This document shows, piece by piece, positions 28,540 through 41,770 of a stretch of DNA of 64,000 nucleotides (within the stretch, counting starts at the first letter, position 1; the number at the start of each line of letters is the position of its first letter). This DNA comes from Octopus vulgaris (taxonomy: Eukaryota), in the NCBI GenBank assembly GCA_951406725.2, contig OX597817.1:38192001-38256000 (forward strand), in the 5' to 3' direction. The notes beneath the pieces were generated by a model. It was not told the DNA's origin. It was given only the letters and a program-made list of their open reading frames with translations, and searched no databases. Made by a program: the position numbers and the translations under genes.

Positions 28540-28745
28540 AGCAAGACTCTCATGTTCCTGAAGCAGTAACATTCTCATCAAAGTTGAAGTTACGATTTGT
28601 AAGACAGAAAAGACAAAGTGAAGTGACCAGCAAGACATTTCGGGCAGTCATCAATTACAGTGACCATCGGCTACCCAGATACAGCCACATAGGCGTCCAC
28701 TTGATTATTTGGTCGTCAAGCAAGCTTAAAATCAACATGGATAAG
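28540..28745 (+). mobile_element. Possible LINE APE-endonuclease C-terminal remnant
   Basis: KTFRAVINYSDHRL resembles the terminal SDH motif of APE domains. No other motif was recognised. Confidence 0.35.
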
Positions 28746-28883
28746 CTTTTGTATGGATTACTTGTTGCTTGACAACCAAGTTGTTCTGCTCTGCTGCTTG
28801 TATCTAACATGGCTGATTTTTACGGTATTGAATATAAGAAGTTTCTGTGTGTATGTATGTTTGTGTGTGCGTGTGTATGTTTG

Positions 28884-28918
<35 letters not shown>

Positions 28919-30038
28919 CGTGTGCACACATATATGTACATGCATGTATATATATACATACAAACAAACATACATGTACGTGCCTACACACGGACACACA
29001 AACACACTCACACACACACATATATATACACACGTAAACTCACATACACACACATACACACACATACACACACATACACACATACAAAGTTTAAGGTTGC
29101 TTTTAACGGGTTCCATCCGTTCCTATCGGATTAATAGTGTGTCCAGTACGTGATATATTTGGATTAAAGTCAAATTGTTAAGGATTGTCCTTACAACAAT
29201 ACTTAAGGGGTAAGTGATTTGTAGGAACTCAAGTAGAAATGTAAACCTCAAGTACAACTCTAATTAACGATTCAGCATACAGAACTATATATGTATATGT
29301 GTATACACACACACACACACACAAATACACACATATACACACACACATAGCCACGGCATTCACGAATGGTTAATAAGTTCCCTTTGTAACTCAGGTTCGA
29401 TCCTACTGCATGGTATCTTGAGCAAACATCATTTACTATAGCCGTGGATCAAAACATAGCTTGCATATAAAATAGGGTGAATTTTTACCAACTCACCCCC
29501 ACGCTTTTCACCCACCCACCCCAAACTCGGATTTTTCGCGTGGAATCAACTCCTTTGACCTCCTGCTGTGCCGCAAACCCCTTATTTTTGGTTTGGAAAG
29601 ATGGGGCGGGCAGGAAACTCCCCCCACTACTGGGAATAATTGGACTTTTTTTTTTCTTTTCGTTTTGCTACAAAATCCTTTTTCCCCCCGAAAACGGGAA
29701 CACTCGGAAATTTCACCCCAACCTTCCCGGAATCATTGGGAAATGCTTTTTCGTTTTCGTTGAATAAATTACGGTGACCTCCTAATATTCCACAAAATAC
29801 TTTTTTGTCCAGAAAACGAGGAGTAGAGTGGGTGGAACCCTCGAAAATTCTACCTTCCCCCTAATTTCACAGGGAAAAATTTTTTGGCAAATTTTTACAC
29901 GAGGGTCAATACTTATTGACAAGGGAACCTTTCCAGTAGTACTCGTCCTTTTAGAAATAACGGCCAAATCTCCCTAGTCACATTGCATCGTCTTTGTTGA
30001 GCAAAACGTACCCGTACGTTATTCCTTCGTTATCTATT

Positions 30039-30102
<64 letters not shown>

Positions 30103-30478
30103 ATTTATATGTGTGTGTATGTATATATATATGTGTGTGTGTGTGTGTGCATATATACGTGTGTGTGTATATACATGCGTTTCTGTGAGGTCGCTTTTCA
30201 GTGCTATTGGTAACATGTAATCCAGTTAGACCTGTTGCATGGTCGGGTCGTAGGAAGATAAACTGTCGACGCCACCAGGCTTGCTTGGTGTGGAGGGTGT
30301 TTGTTGGACACGCTGCGGAATGAAAAATAAGACCCGTCAAAGGGTGGAGGAACTTATGAGCAGTCAACGGCCATCCAACAAAATATCTGTATATATGTAT
30401 ATATCTTTTTTCTTATTCTTACATGCATATATATGTATATTTTTACCTTATTTATATCATTAAATTGCATATCTTTTA

Positions 30479-30537
<59 letters not shown>

Positions 30538-30737
30538 GGCAAGCAAGAGGTTGCTTAGCCACATACCGAAAAGTTAGAAGTAGCAGTCAAAAACCGCTTA
30601 TTTCTATCTTTTACAAATATAACTCCACATATAACATATACATGTAACTCACATATGTAAAACAGGATGAAAAATCTACCCGGAAATAATTGTTGATTTT
30701 GAAATTAATAATTATTTACCATTATATAATTAATATA

Positions 30738-30785
<48 letters not shown>

Positions 30786-30800
30786 TACTATTAGTATTAC

Positions 30801-30900
<100 letters not shown>

Positions 30901-30924
30901 TATACTTAATTCTTATTTATATTT

Positions 30925-31800
30925 TCAAATCCCATGCACTTTTTTTCCATGTATGAATGAACTACTCTGCGTCGGACACCAAAGTGATATTTGATCACTT
31001 TATAGAGTGTTTGAGTGTCGGTTTGGTGTCTGGAATGAGCTTATCTCATGGGCAGATAGCAGCTCTTTAACCTTGGCTGGTAATCTACCTAGGAGAAGGG
31101 AATCTCCAAAATAAATCCTGAGGCCTTGGAAGTTCCTGAGTTGTCAATTTACATGTCTCAGCGGCGAAAGTTTTCTTGGGCCAATACGTAGGGGCAGTGC
31201 AGTGCAAGCTACACCCAACAAAAATTATTCATCTGCACAGGCGATATCCCTACTATTTCTACTATTCATAAGGCGATATCACTACTATTTCTCCTCCCTG
31301 ATAGGAAATTTGACGAGGACTTTTAATGTGTAATGGCTGTTGATGTGATGATGCTTTTAATATGTAGTGGGTACACAAATGAGGGGTCTAAAATATGAAG
31401 AGAATTGTGGGCGACACGAGAACAGCAACGTATTGTACTTCTATGGGACGAGGGATCTCGTAGCTTTGAAGCTTGATCCGCCATGTCTTAGCTGGCTTGA
31501 TTAAGAAATGAGAGCAGAGCCTTGATTCGGGAACTGAAATATGGAACAGAATACCTTTCATGATAAATATGGTAGAGGCATATGAGAGGATAACGAAAGA
31601 TAAGGGCAAAGAATAGCTGCTCAGTAAATAAACAAGCAAAATACTTGTGGCATAGTCGACATGGTTATAACTGCACCGATCTTATTGTTGTAACTTCATT
31701 GATGGTGGAGGAGAAAGACATGCTACAGAGTTGTTTAAAATAAACCAAACATTCCTGGTAGCATCCATGCTGCTAGAAGGAGCGTTACTATGCCGAAATC
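30925..31800 (+). mobile_element. Internally deleted RTE-like element (5' UTR-like part + 3' remnant)
   Basis: ggtaatctacctaggagaagggaatctccaaaataaatcc resembles RTE 5' regions. The 3' part (about 31540-31740) gives weak RTE-X-like peptides (LMVEEKDM). Confidence 0.4.
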
Positions 31801-31875
31801 ATCGTAAATTTTAGTCGACAGCTGATGACAGGTGTGTCTCTCAATGCAAGCTGTATGTAGGATATGATAATAATG

Positions 31876-31940
<65 letters not shown>

Positions 31941-31942
<2 letters not shown>

Positions 31943-33160
31943 GAGAGAATACTTGCGGCAAGTGAGAAAAATATTGACTTCAAAGCTGAATGCCATAAAT
32001 ATAATTTTGGCAATAAACTCGTGCGCAATCGTAGTAGTTTGGTATGGCGCTGGAAGCCTGAAGTGGACAGAGGAGGAGCTAAAGATGGACAGAAAGTCAA
32101 GAAAGATCCTAACGATGCATTGAGCCCATAATCCACGTACAGACATTGATCGCCTATACATGAAGAGAGCAAATGACGGAAGTGGACTGATAAGTGTGGA
32201 AGACTTCGTGCGCATCGAACTCGAGAGCTTAATGAGATACCTAACCCAAAGTAAGAAAACCTTGCTAGTGACAGGAACGGGGAAGTATTGTTGAAAGCAG
32301 AGGAAATGGAAAAACAAAGGAAGAAGTACAAAAAAGCATGAAGAAGAATTATGCAAGAAGTGACTACGCAATCAACAGAAGTTGCTGGAAAAAATAGGTG
32401 AGATTGGCTGATGAAAGAACCCTAAAAATAGAAACCGAAGACACTATACTGGCTTCGCAGGACTAAGCTTTGGCCATGAACTGGAGGGTCAACCAAAGGA
32501 ATGAGCAAGTGTCTCTGCTGTGTCGCATCTGCAATGGAGTGGATGAAACCATTGCCTATATCACGAACGAATGCCCTAGACTTACCCCAAACCACTACAA
32601 GTTGTGGTGGCACGACCAGGTAGCGAAAGTCCTATATTGGAAACTGTGTAAAAAATGGGGGCTAGAGAGAGGCAAGACATGGTATGAGCACAGACTCCAG
32701 CGAGTATCATAGTCGGAGACTAGCAAAATCCTTTAGGATTTCCCAATCCAAACAGATCAGGTGCTAGAGCATAACAGACCGAACCTAGTGGTGGTGGACA
32801 AGGTGCACCACATATGCTATATAGTTGATGTTGCATGCCCCTTTAACCCACGAATAGTCAAGAAGGAAAATGAAAAGATAGAAAGATACAACCTTCTTAA
32901 GTAGGTGAAGATAGTGCCAATTATTGTTGGTTCCTTGGGAATAGTATTAGAAAGCATCAAGAGGAATATAAAAGAAATTAGAATAGAATGCCCAGTAGAA
33001 CTGTTACAAAAGGTTTACCTCCTTGGCACGGCCAGAATAATCAGGGAAGTATTAGATAACTGAAAAGAAGGAATAGCTTAGTACCGTAGGCTGCAGGTAG
33101 CAAGCCCGCTACGCATGCAAGCCCCCAGGAGCTCCAACAAAACCTGTGATAAAGAGATGA
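31941..33160 (+). mobile_element. R4/Dong-clade non-LTR element, 3' portion (post-RT, CCHC finger, restriction-like endonuclease)
   Basis: REYLRQVRKILTSKLNA; IDRLY..R..GSGLISVED; ETEDTILASQD.AL; CRICNGVDETIAYITNECP..HDQVAKVLYWKLCKK; DFPIQTDQVLEHNRPNLVVVDK..IVDVACP. (TAA)n on both sides. Confidence 0.9.
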
Positions 33161-33161
33161 C

Positions 33162-33226
<65 letters not shown>

Positions 33227-33249
33227 TGATGATGATGATGATGATGATA

Positions 33250-33565
33250 CATTGAGAAATACCAGCTACTGCGGGACGAGATAGGAAAGTTATGGAGCAT
33301 GAGGAAAATTATGGTGATACCGGTGGTAATTGGAGCATTAGGAGCAGTTTCCAAGGGCTTTGAAAAATATACTAAGAATACGGGAGCTGCTGTCAGGCTC
33401 AAGGTGATCCAAAAGACAGCATTGTTGGGTACAGCTCACATTCTAAAGAGCGTATTGTTCCTTTGAGTCTCAGGAGAAGGCACTATTTGAAATCTTTGGT
33501 GATTTGTTATTGCATGCTTTCAAGTAAAGAATAAACGGTAATAAAGAACAATCCGAGAGTCATTC
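33250..33565 (+). mobile_element. R4/Dong-type 3' fragment (second subfamily)
   Basis: IEKYQLLRDEIGKLWSMRKIMVIPVVIGALGAVSKGFEKY..IQKTALLGTAHILK; lies between (TAA/TGA)n tracts. Confidence 0.85.
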
Positions 33566-33586
33566 ATAATAATAATAATAATAATG

Positions 33587-33659
<73 letters not shown>

Positions 33660-33697
33660 TAATAATAATAATGATGATGATAATAATAATAATAATG

Positions 33698-33755
<58 letters not shown>

Positions 33756-33768
33756 CAACAACAACAAT

Positions 33769-33861
<93 letters not shown>

Positions 33862-33879
33862 AATAATAATAATAATAAT

Positions 33880-34297
33880 CAAACTACCAAAAACTGAGCA
33901 AGTATAAGATCTTGAAATAGAAATTGGCAAAATGTGGAACTTCAAGGCTAAAACAATACCTGTTATCATAGGTGCCCTGAGAATGATAGGAAAAGGGGTT
34001 GATTGCTATCTAGCTCAGATACCAGGAAATCCAAAAATGGCAGAAACTAATGAAATAGTGCTCACGAGAACTGCTAATATCCTACGTAAAATGCTCTCTA
34101 TGTAATCTCAAACTTTAAAACAAACTTATAATAATTTCTTGCTTTCTTAAACATTCTCTAAAACAATACTTCGTGCAAAACCAAATATATGCATCCCAGT
34201 CATAACACCAACTTGAACTTCTAGCTTGTTGTCTCTTGAGGTCTCTGAGTGAGACTTGGAGTCAACTTGTACAAATACAAAGCAAAAGTTAAACATG
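33880..34297 (+). mobile_element. R4/Dong-type 3' fragment (third subfamily)
   Basis: KLSKYKDLEIEIGKMWNFKAKTIPVIIGALRMIGKG..LAQIPGNPK..TANILRKMLSM; lies between (TAA)n tracts. Confidence 0.85.
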
Positions 34298-34326
34298 TAA
34301 TAATAATGATGATGATGATGATGATG

Positions 34327-34357
<31 letters not shown>

Positions 34358-34382
34358 CAACAACAACAACAACAACAATAAT

Positions 34383-34907
34383 TCTCATGGATTCTGATCT
34401 CAACTGATTAGAAATGTTATCACGTACATTGTTTTGTCTTGGTATACAAGATGCGCTAAAGCAAATATTCTGCTCAATACCACAGATCTGCTTGTCAGTT
34501 GTTTGAACTTGACCAGTTGAGCATGTCCCTTAGTGGATGACGATATGTGCATATCTGATCACGAGCAGAAGTAGTGGGGGAACATCATACCCATGTGTTG
34601 AAAGGAATTCTTTGGGGTTTGGATAATTCACCTTTGGAAACGAGTGTTTCACTCAACATCCTTAGACAACCCTTATTAAAGGACCTTTTGAGCGGAATAG
34701 GCTACTCGACCTGAAAAAATTTTTAACTGGGCCCCACCTGCAAGGTCATGCTCTGTTTACCTTGATATGAGATCACCATGTCGCGCACATATGGTTGTGA
34801 TGCATGTACCTAGTGTACCCTTTTCAGACGGTAGTCATGGCGGATATACTGGGCTTCGTATGTTTTACCCCAGAATCACTTTGATGGCGTGCACTGCTCT
34901 CTCACTC

Positions 34908-34908
<1 letters not shown>
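34383..34908 (+). mobile_element. TAA-associated non-coding repeat, family X (about 530 bp)
   Basis: Second copy at 26878-27092. No long ORF. Ends ...ctctctcactc directly into (AAT)n. Confidence 0.7.
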
Positions 34909-34966
<58 letters not shown>

Positions 34967-34969
<3 letters not shown>

Positions 34970-35437
34970 AAGACCAAAACAATAAAGTTTGCTTATTGAT
35001 CGACATGAGCATCCCCTGTGATCATAATATCTCAGCGAAAGAGTTTGACAAGCTCAGAAAATATAAAGACCTACTCATTGAAATTGAGAAAATGTGGCAT
35101 CTCAAGGCGGTTACAATACCAGTGATCATAGGAGCACTAGGAATGATCAAGAAGGGAACCGAAAATTATATGAGAATGATCCCTGGCTTACCATCCCTGC
35201 AAGAAGTGCAAAAGATTGTCTTAACTGGTACATCACACGTATTGAGAAGAGCATTGTCGATGTGAGAACTGTTGCTGCTCATGTATTTTAATTTAACTAA
35301 AAAAAATTTTTTAAAAATGAACGAACTATTGAGTTTGGTTTAATGGCCTACCAATGTATACTATGAGTTTCTTTGCCCTAGGAGTCGGGAAGACACTCGG
35401 CAAGAAATGGAAGCAAATTTGAAAGAAGAAAAAAAAG
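34967..35437 (+). mobile_element. R4/Dong-type 3' fragment (fourth subfamily; reading frame still open to its stop at 35265)
   Basis: KDQNNKVCLLIDMSIPCDHNISAKEFDKLRKYKDLLIEIEKMWHLKAVTIPVIIGALGMI..VQKIVLTGTSHVLRRALSM; flanked by (TAA)n. Confidence 0.9.
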
Positions 35438-36109
35438 TAATAATAATAATAATAATAATAATAATATATACGCGCGCGCGAGTATATATGATTTTTCTTT
35501 GATTTGAATTTAAGTCCTTAGAGTTCAAGCCGGTTGCTAACAAAGCAACGAGAGTTTTTGAGTTAAGAGAGTTTCCGGTGTTTGTAAATATGTATTTGAT
35601 TTGGTGTGTTGGTTGAACTGTCGATGAATACACTCAAGTGTGTGCATCTATTCACATAAGAATCAATCTAAGATGGAGAATTTTTGGAATGTCTTACAAA
35701 CTTTCGCTGTACCACTAATAGATTGGATTTGGAAAATCCGTGTCAGCTTTTTTTTTTTTTTTGCTTCTTTCTGTGAAACCGAGTACTTTTTGGTCTTTGT
35801 GCAAATTTGTTGGTACATAACCTACTTAATGCACCAATGATGATAGGTACAAATGAGAATGTATGTATGTATGTATGTATGTATGTATGTTATAGACACG
35901 CACACACACAAATACACACATATATACATGAAATGAATCACAGAGACGGTCAGAGACAGAGAAAAAGAAAGAAATGATTTACACAATCAAACACTTATAG
36001 AAACACATATATATGCAGGTATGCATGTATACGTGTTTCTTTACATACATACGTACGTACGTACTGTGTATGTATGCATGTATGTCATTATTCAGTTTAT
36101 TTCAAGATT

Positions 36110-36645
36110 TCTTGTCAATAGAGAAAGAAATAAGAACCCACATTTTGGTGGAAGCCATAGCCACTCATAATAAAAAGGAGTACTGTTGGAATGCCTCGGT
36201 GAAAACCTCAATAAAATATAAACACAAGAGACCTAATATAATGATTTGGGATAAAGAAGAGAAATTGTGTACAGTTGTGGAAATAAGCTGCTCAGCGGAT
36301 GTTAACATAAAGCTGAAGATCACTGAAAAAGAAAATACATACGCTGAACTATTGGGAAATCTGTAGTTACTCTATCCAGATTACAAGTTCGGGTTCATAC
36401 CTGTAAATATTGGGATACTGGGATATGTAACACACTGCCTAAATACCAATCTTGAGAAATTAGGCTTCTCAAAACTAGAAAGGAGAAAGCTGATTCGTAG
36501 ACTACAGATTCAATCCACCACTGGAATTGTAAAAATCTGTAAAACTTTCCAGAAGTTTATCATTTAAGTATATGTGAGCATGTCTAGATATGCAACTATA
36601 TGCATGAGGATATACACATAAAACAAAAAATTCATATCTGCACGT
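36110..36645 (+). mobile_element. RLE-type non-LTR retroelement 3' fragment ending in (CATA)n
   Basis: WNASVKTSIKYKHKRPNIMIWDKEEKLCTVVEISCSADVNIKLKITEKENTYAELL..FIPVNIGILG (PD-(D/E)xK RLE pattern). Confidence 0.8.
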
Positions 36646-37038
36646 ATCCATACATACATACATACATACATACATACATACATACATACATACATACATA
36701 CATACATACATACATACATACATACGCACGCACATACTTACAAACGCTCTGATAAATAGACTGCAGTCAATTGTCCTACGCAGCCACATGTTTTAAGATT
36801 ATCTTAACATTTCACATTTTTAAGAATCGCATAGCAAATGTTTACACAGGCTCGCTAGCAAATGAAAATTATAAAAACAAACACTATAAACATATCTAGG
36901 AGTAAGTACGTGTATCAATGTGTGTTTACAATTTGTGTGAAAATGCATACATACACACGCAAGCACTCACACAAACAAATACACACACAGATAAACATAC
37001 ATATTTGTGTGTGTGTATATATATAATATGTATATATA

Positions 37039-37925
37039 TACGAAAGAAGGTTTGAAAATGCAATTTTAAAAGATGTTTATTTACTTTACCGGTTTCACTC
37101 TTTAGAAAAAGATTGTCAAAAGTAACATGTAAATGCACCATGACGAATGCCAATCACGCACATACACACACACACACACACACAACACCAAGAAAATCAC
37201 ACACACGGTTGACAAACGGGCACACATATACACACACCGTCCTACCAAATTTTACAAACATACAGACACATCTATTCACACCACATATGTATATACACAC
37301 ACACAAAGACACACACACTCGCACCATTCTGACCTCTAAAGACCAATCCCCCAAATCATTGATGCGTGAAGGGGAGACAAAAAGAAGAAATTCTTTTCAG
37401 CTCCACATTACTCTTCCTCCCCCCATCCACCCGGGACTTATTCTTTATAAGCCCAGTACTTATTCTATCGGTCTCTTTTGTCGAACCGCTAAGTGACGGG
37501 GACGTAACCACACCAGCATCGGTTGTCAAGCAATGCTAGGGGGACAAACACAGACACACAAAATAGTAAATAGTCTTTTACGATAACATGGTGGACCAGG
37601 TCAGTTTGAGCTTGCCTACTACTATAATGTAAACTTTTTTGAACTCATAATATTCTGTTCCTTCTGGAAACTATCTTTAACATTGCCTTGAGAATGTATA
37701 TATATGTTGTAATCTTTTGTGCCCAATATTTTAATGAACTTTTTTATGTCCTTAACATGTTCTTGTTACCAAAGACTGTATATATGTATTGTAGCATTTT
37801 GTGACAACGAATAATTAACACAACCAAACTTTTACATGTTACTTTTGACAATCTTTTTCAAAAGAGTGAAACCGGTAAAGTCAATAAACATCTTTTAAAA
37901 TTGCATTTTCAAACCTTTCGTATAT
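37039..37925. repeat. Inverted pair of approximately 90-bp Penelope-type termini, each with a U3-A8 hammerhead motif
   Basis: 37039-37133 is the reverse complement of 37830-37925. Hammerheads at 37081-37125 (minus) and 37841-37881 (plus): uuacuu UUGACAA ucuuuu.c.aaaga gu GAAA ccgg UA aagu. Confidence 0.8.
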
Positions 37926-37962
37926 AATTCCACTCGTGAGGTACCTTACAACTCCACTTTTG

Positions 37963-38002
<40 letters not shown>

Positions 38003-38006
<4 letters not shown>

Positions 38007-38215
38007 TTTTACTCTTTTACTTGTTTCAGTCATTTGACTGCGGCCATGCTGGAGCACCGCCTTTAGTCGATCAAATCGACCCCGGGACTTATTCTTTGTA
38101 AGCCCAGTACTTATTCTATCGGTCTCTTTTGCCGAACCGCTAAGTGACGGGGACGTAAACACACCAGCATCGGTTGTCAAGCAATGCTAGGGGGACAAAC
38201 ACAGACACACAAACC

Positions 38216-38269
<54 letters not shown>

Positions 38270-38370
38270 TACATATATACGACAGGCTTCTTTCAGTTTC
38301 CGTCTACCAAATCCACTCACAAGGCATTGGTCGGCCCGGGGCTATAGCAGAAGACACTTGCCCAAGATGC

Positions 38371-38372
<2 letters not shown>
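38003..38372 (-). mobile_element. SINE family B (well preserved, internal microsatellite); partial duplicate at 37430-37560
   Basis: Reverse complement: gtggcatcttgggcaagtgtcttctgctatagc..ggatttggtagacggaaactgaaagaagcc..[TA/TG]n..gcattgcttgacaaccgatgctgg..ccagcatggccgcagtcaaatgactgaaacaagtaaaagagt. Confidence 0.85.
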
Positions 38373-38419
<47 letters not shown>

Positions 38420-38438
38420 ATATATACATGCATATATA

Positions 38439-38484
<46 letters not shown>

Positions 38485-39028
38485 TACATGCATATATATG
38501 CATATGCCACATATACACACACGTATATATAAATTATAAATACACACACATAACATATATATATGCACATATACATAATTATACACAGGTATGCCTACTT
38601 ATCTACATATGTGTATGTCAATTAGAATTTCAAATGAGTCAGGTGGATTTCTTACAGTTCCTTTTGCCAAGGTAACTATAATCTTCAAGTGATGTACACT
38701 GAACATTGTAGTTCTTATACAGTATGATATAAGTGATTTAAACCAGGAAGTACCTGTCAAAAGCAGAAAAGTGTGTATGTATTTATACAAATGCATAGGG
38801 AACACACATAAACATATATGCACACATGCATACATACATACATACATACATACATACATACATACATACATACATACATACATACATACATACATACATA
38901 CACACAAATACATACATGCATGCAAGGATGCATGCATACAAACTACATACATGTATGCAAGGATGTATGCATACAAACATACATACATACAAACATACAT
39001 ATATGCATATGTAGACATACACGCACAC

Positions 39029-39093
<65 letters not shown>

Positions 39094-39429
39094 CGGGGCT
39101 CCTCCTTGGGACCTGTGCAGAAATCTTCACAGACCATCGTGGTTGGTCCTGAGCCATCAGCCCCTATGAATGAGAAGTAAAACTCTTGGAACCAAAATCC
39201 TTTTCTATGCTTGGAAACGAAGCTATACTAATCTGCATATAGACCAGTAACGTAAGCAGTTTGGTCTGTAATCATTTTGACACCTGATGTGTGGCACACC
39301 GTGCACCTGTACAGGCAATGTTGATTTGATGGAGAGAGGGAGCTAATGTACGGCACTAACATTTAATTATTATATACAAACCATCTGTGCAGGTTGTTCA
39401 GTAAACCAATAGCTCAATACGATCGATCT

Positions 39430-40960
39430 TGAGTTCTTGCAAACCTATATGTAAGTCCAAGAGACGCTGAACGAGCCACATCCAGTTGCACTCTTTGACT
39501 TCAACTCATTACCAAAAGCTGAAACCCTGCACGTACCTAATGAGATCACAGAGGAGGAAATACAAGCACCGAGAACACAGAAGAAAAAAAAGCAGCTGCA
39601 TCCGATCAAATTTCATCTGAACATTTGAAGCATTAGTAGATCAGACGCAAAGACTTACTTAGAAATCTGTTCAACAGGTGTTGGCTGCAACAGCAAATCC
39701 AGGCTGATTGAAGAGCAGTAATTGTAAAGCATCCTAAGTCGGCAAATCCAGTAGGCTGCAACAACTGGCAAAGGAGCGAGGAATTACATTTCTTTCTGTA
39801 CCAGAAAACACATTCTGTATTGTGTTGTTGAACAAGATTTGCGTTGAGAAAATTCTTCACTCTAAAACTATCGTGCAAAGCGCATAGACTTCTGGTAAGA
39901 GTATTAGATAACGATTTCGCGGACTTCAAATAAAAAAGTGGATTTTGACGGCATTAATTGAAAATCACTATAGATGATCACCTACGTGTGCCCGAAAGGT
40001 ACCTCAGCATCTTCAAGAATTTCTTTGAGGACTTCAACTATAATGACAGGACATATACAAGCCACACTGACGACTTTATCCTCCTCACTGGTATCTGTCA
40101 GATTTGTGTCCTCTTGTTTCTTCTCTTCCTGATACCAGTTTATTTTATAATAAAGAAAGTAACCATTCGGTGCACTGCAGGTCTACGGTGAAAGGTAACG
40201 GAAAGGCTGTGTGATCAAAATATTGCCGATATTATTGCACTGCAAACAAAAATAAGGGATTACTGCAAAATCTAATTAATTAACTCAAAGAAGAAGCAGG
40301 GAAAATCGGGCTTAGAATTAGTTGGGAAAAGAACAAAGTGATGCAGATTAATGTAACCCACCCTCCAGTCTTCATTGGGCGGCTGGTTTTCGAAGATGTG
40401 GACAGTTTTGCATACATGAACAGTATGATCAGTAGTGATGGAAGCTTATAAAATTATCTGAGAAGCTGAACTTCTAAGCAAGAAACATTTCCCTGTGCAT
40501 GCACTAAATCTAGACAACAAGCATTATCATTGCAATAAAGGTCTAATTATAGTGCAAACATTCTGTTAACTATTTTGTATTACAGTGAAATATGGAAAAA
40601 TACAACAAAGGTGGCCAAGACGTTGGAAACATTCTACCAACTGTGTCAACGAAAGATTCTCAAATTCACTTTGGAAGAACGTATCACAAATGAAGAAATT
40701 CTCATGTGAAGCAAATCTTAACCGCTGCAAAATATCGTGGTGCTGCACTGGTTTCATCTAATGTCATATTTTATAACTGCCAGTCACTAAGCGTGCAAAG
40801 GCTCCAATAATGTGAACATCAAAACCTCCAAACCCCTAGTACCGAACATTCTAAGAACAGTTCAAATGTACAAGAACTAGGTTGATAAGACCAAAGAGAA
40901 CAAGTGCAGAGCAACAACGCGTGCGAAAGCTATGCTTCTCAGAAAGCTGGAAGATCTATA
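39430..40960 (+). mobile_element. Highly decayed RTE-type LINE RT region
   Basis: FADF..FD; IADIIALQ; KEEAGKIGLRISWEKNKVMQIN; FEDVDSFAYMNSMISSDG; LETFYQLCQRKILKFT..ITNEEI. Confidence 0.65.
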
Positions 40961-41404
40961 TCCAGGTAAGTAATGTATATGCATTTATATATATAAATGT
41001 GAATGTGTATCTATATGTGTGCGTGTGTGTGTGTGTGTACGTGTATGCGTGTGCGTGAGTTTGTGTGTGCGTGTACACTGTGTGGCATGAAGAAGAATGT
41101 ATAATCTCCCTATGTTTTGTCCAACAACCATCTGAGAAACTACGGATTATGGCAAGAAACGATGTAATGACCGAATTTCTTGCCAGTAAAGATCATGTAG
41201 AATGCTATGATTTATGGGAATTCATGAATGAAAGTGAGATTAATACAGTCTTGGCTCCTCTCTGTGTGTACGAGTGTGCACATGTGTGCATTTTATATCT
41301 CGATATTTTCTCCTTTATGTTTCTTTTCTACCCGTCTCTGATGAACAGCTTCAATTATGGATTCAGAAAAATGCCATGTGTCTTTTTACGTGGAGTTTCT
41401 GATA

Positions 41405-41485
41405 AGTGAGAATGTCAAAAGTAAAAACGAAAATGTCAAAGCAAAAATGAGAATGTCAAAGTGAATCTATGAATAAAGATAAAGT

Positions 41486-41553
<68 letters not shown>

Positions 41554-41770
41554 GACGCGGGAGAATGGGGAAGAGGTATTACTTAAGTAAAAATGTCAAA
41601 CAAAAATTAGAAAATGTCAAACTGATAAACTGTGAAACCGAAAGTGAAAATATAAAACTGTAGGAGATCCAGAAACAATATTAATGTGAAAATAATGATG
41701 TCAAAGTGAAAATTTAAAAACGGAAGTCAATGTGAAAGACAAATGTGTGAAAACAAGACGAAAATTGCAA
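41405..41770. repeat. Degenerate minisatellite of (a)aaatgtcaaa units interrupted by (TAA)n
   Basis: atgtcaaa recurs at least six times (about 41412, 41433, 41453, 41593, 41614, 41698). Confidence 0.6.

Noticed and set aside
30925-31140. HDV-like ribozyme in the RTE-like 5' region
   Set aside because: Plausible for the clade, but I could not trace the nested double pseudoknot by eye.
33160-35470. Repeat-spacer-like alternation resembling a CRISPR array
   Set aside because: The repeats are variable-length (TAA)n microsatellites and the spacers are retroelement fragments; eukaryotic context with no cas genes.
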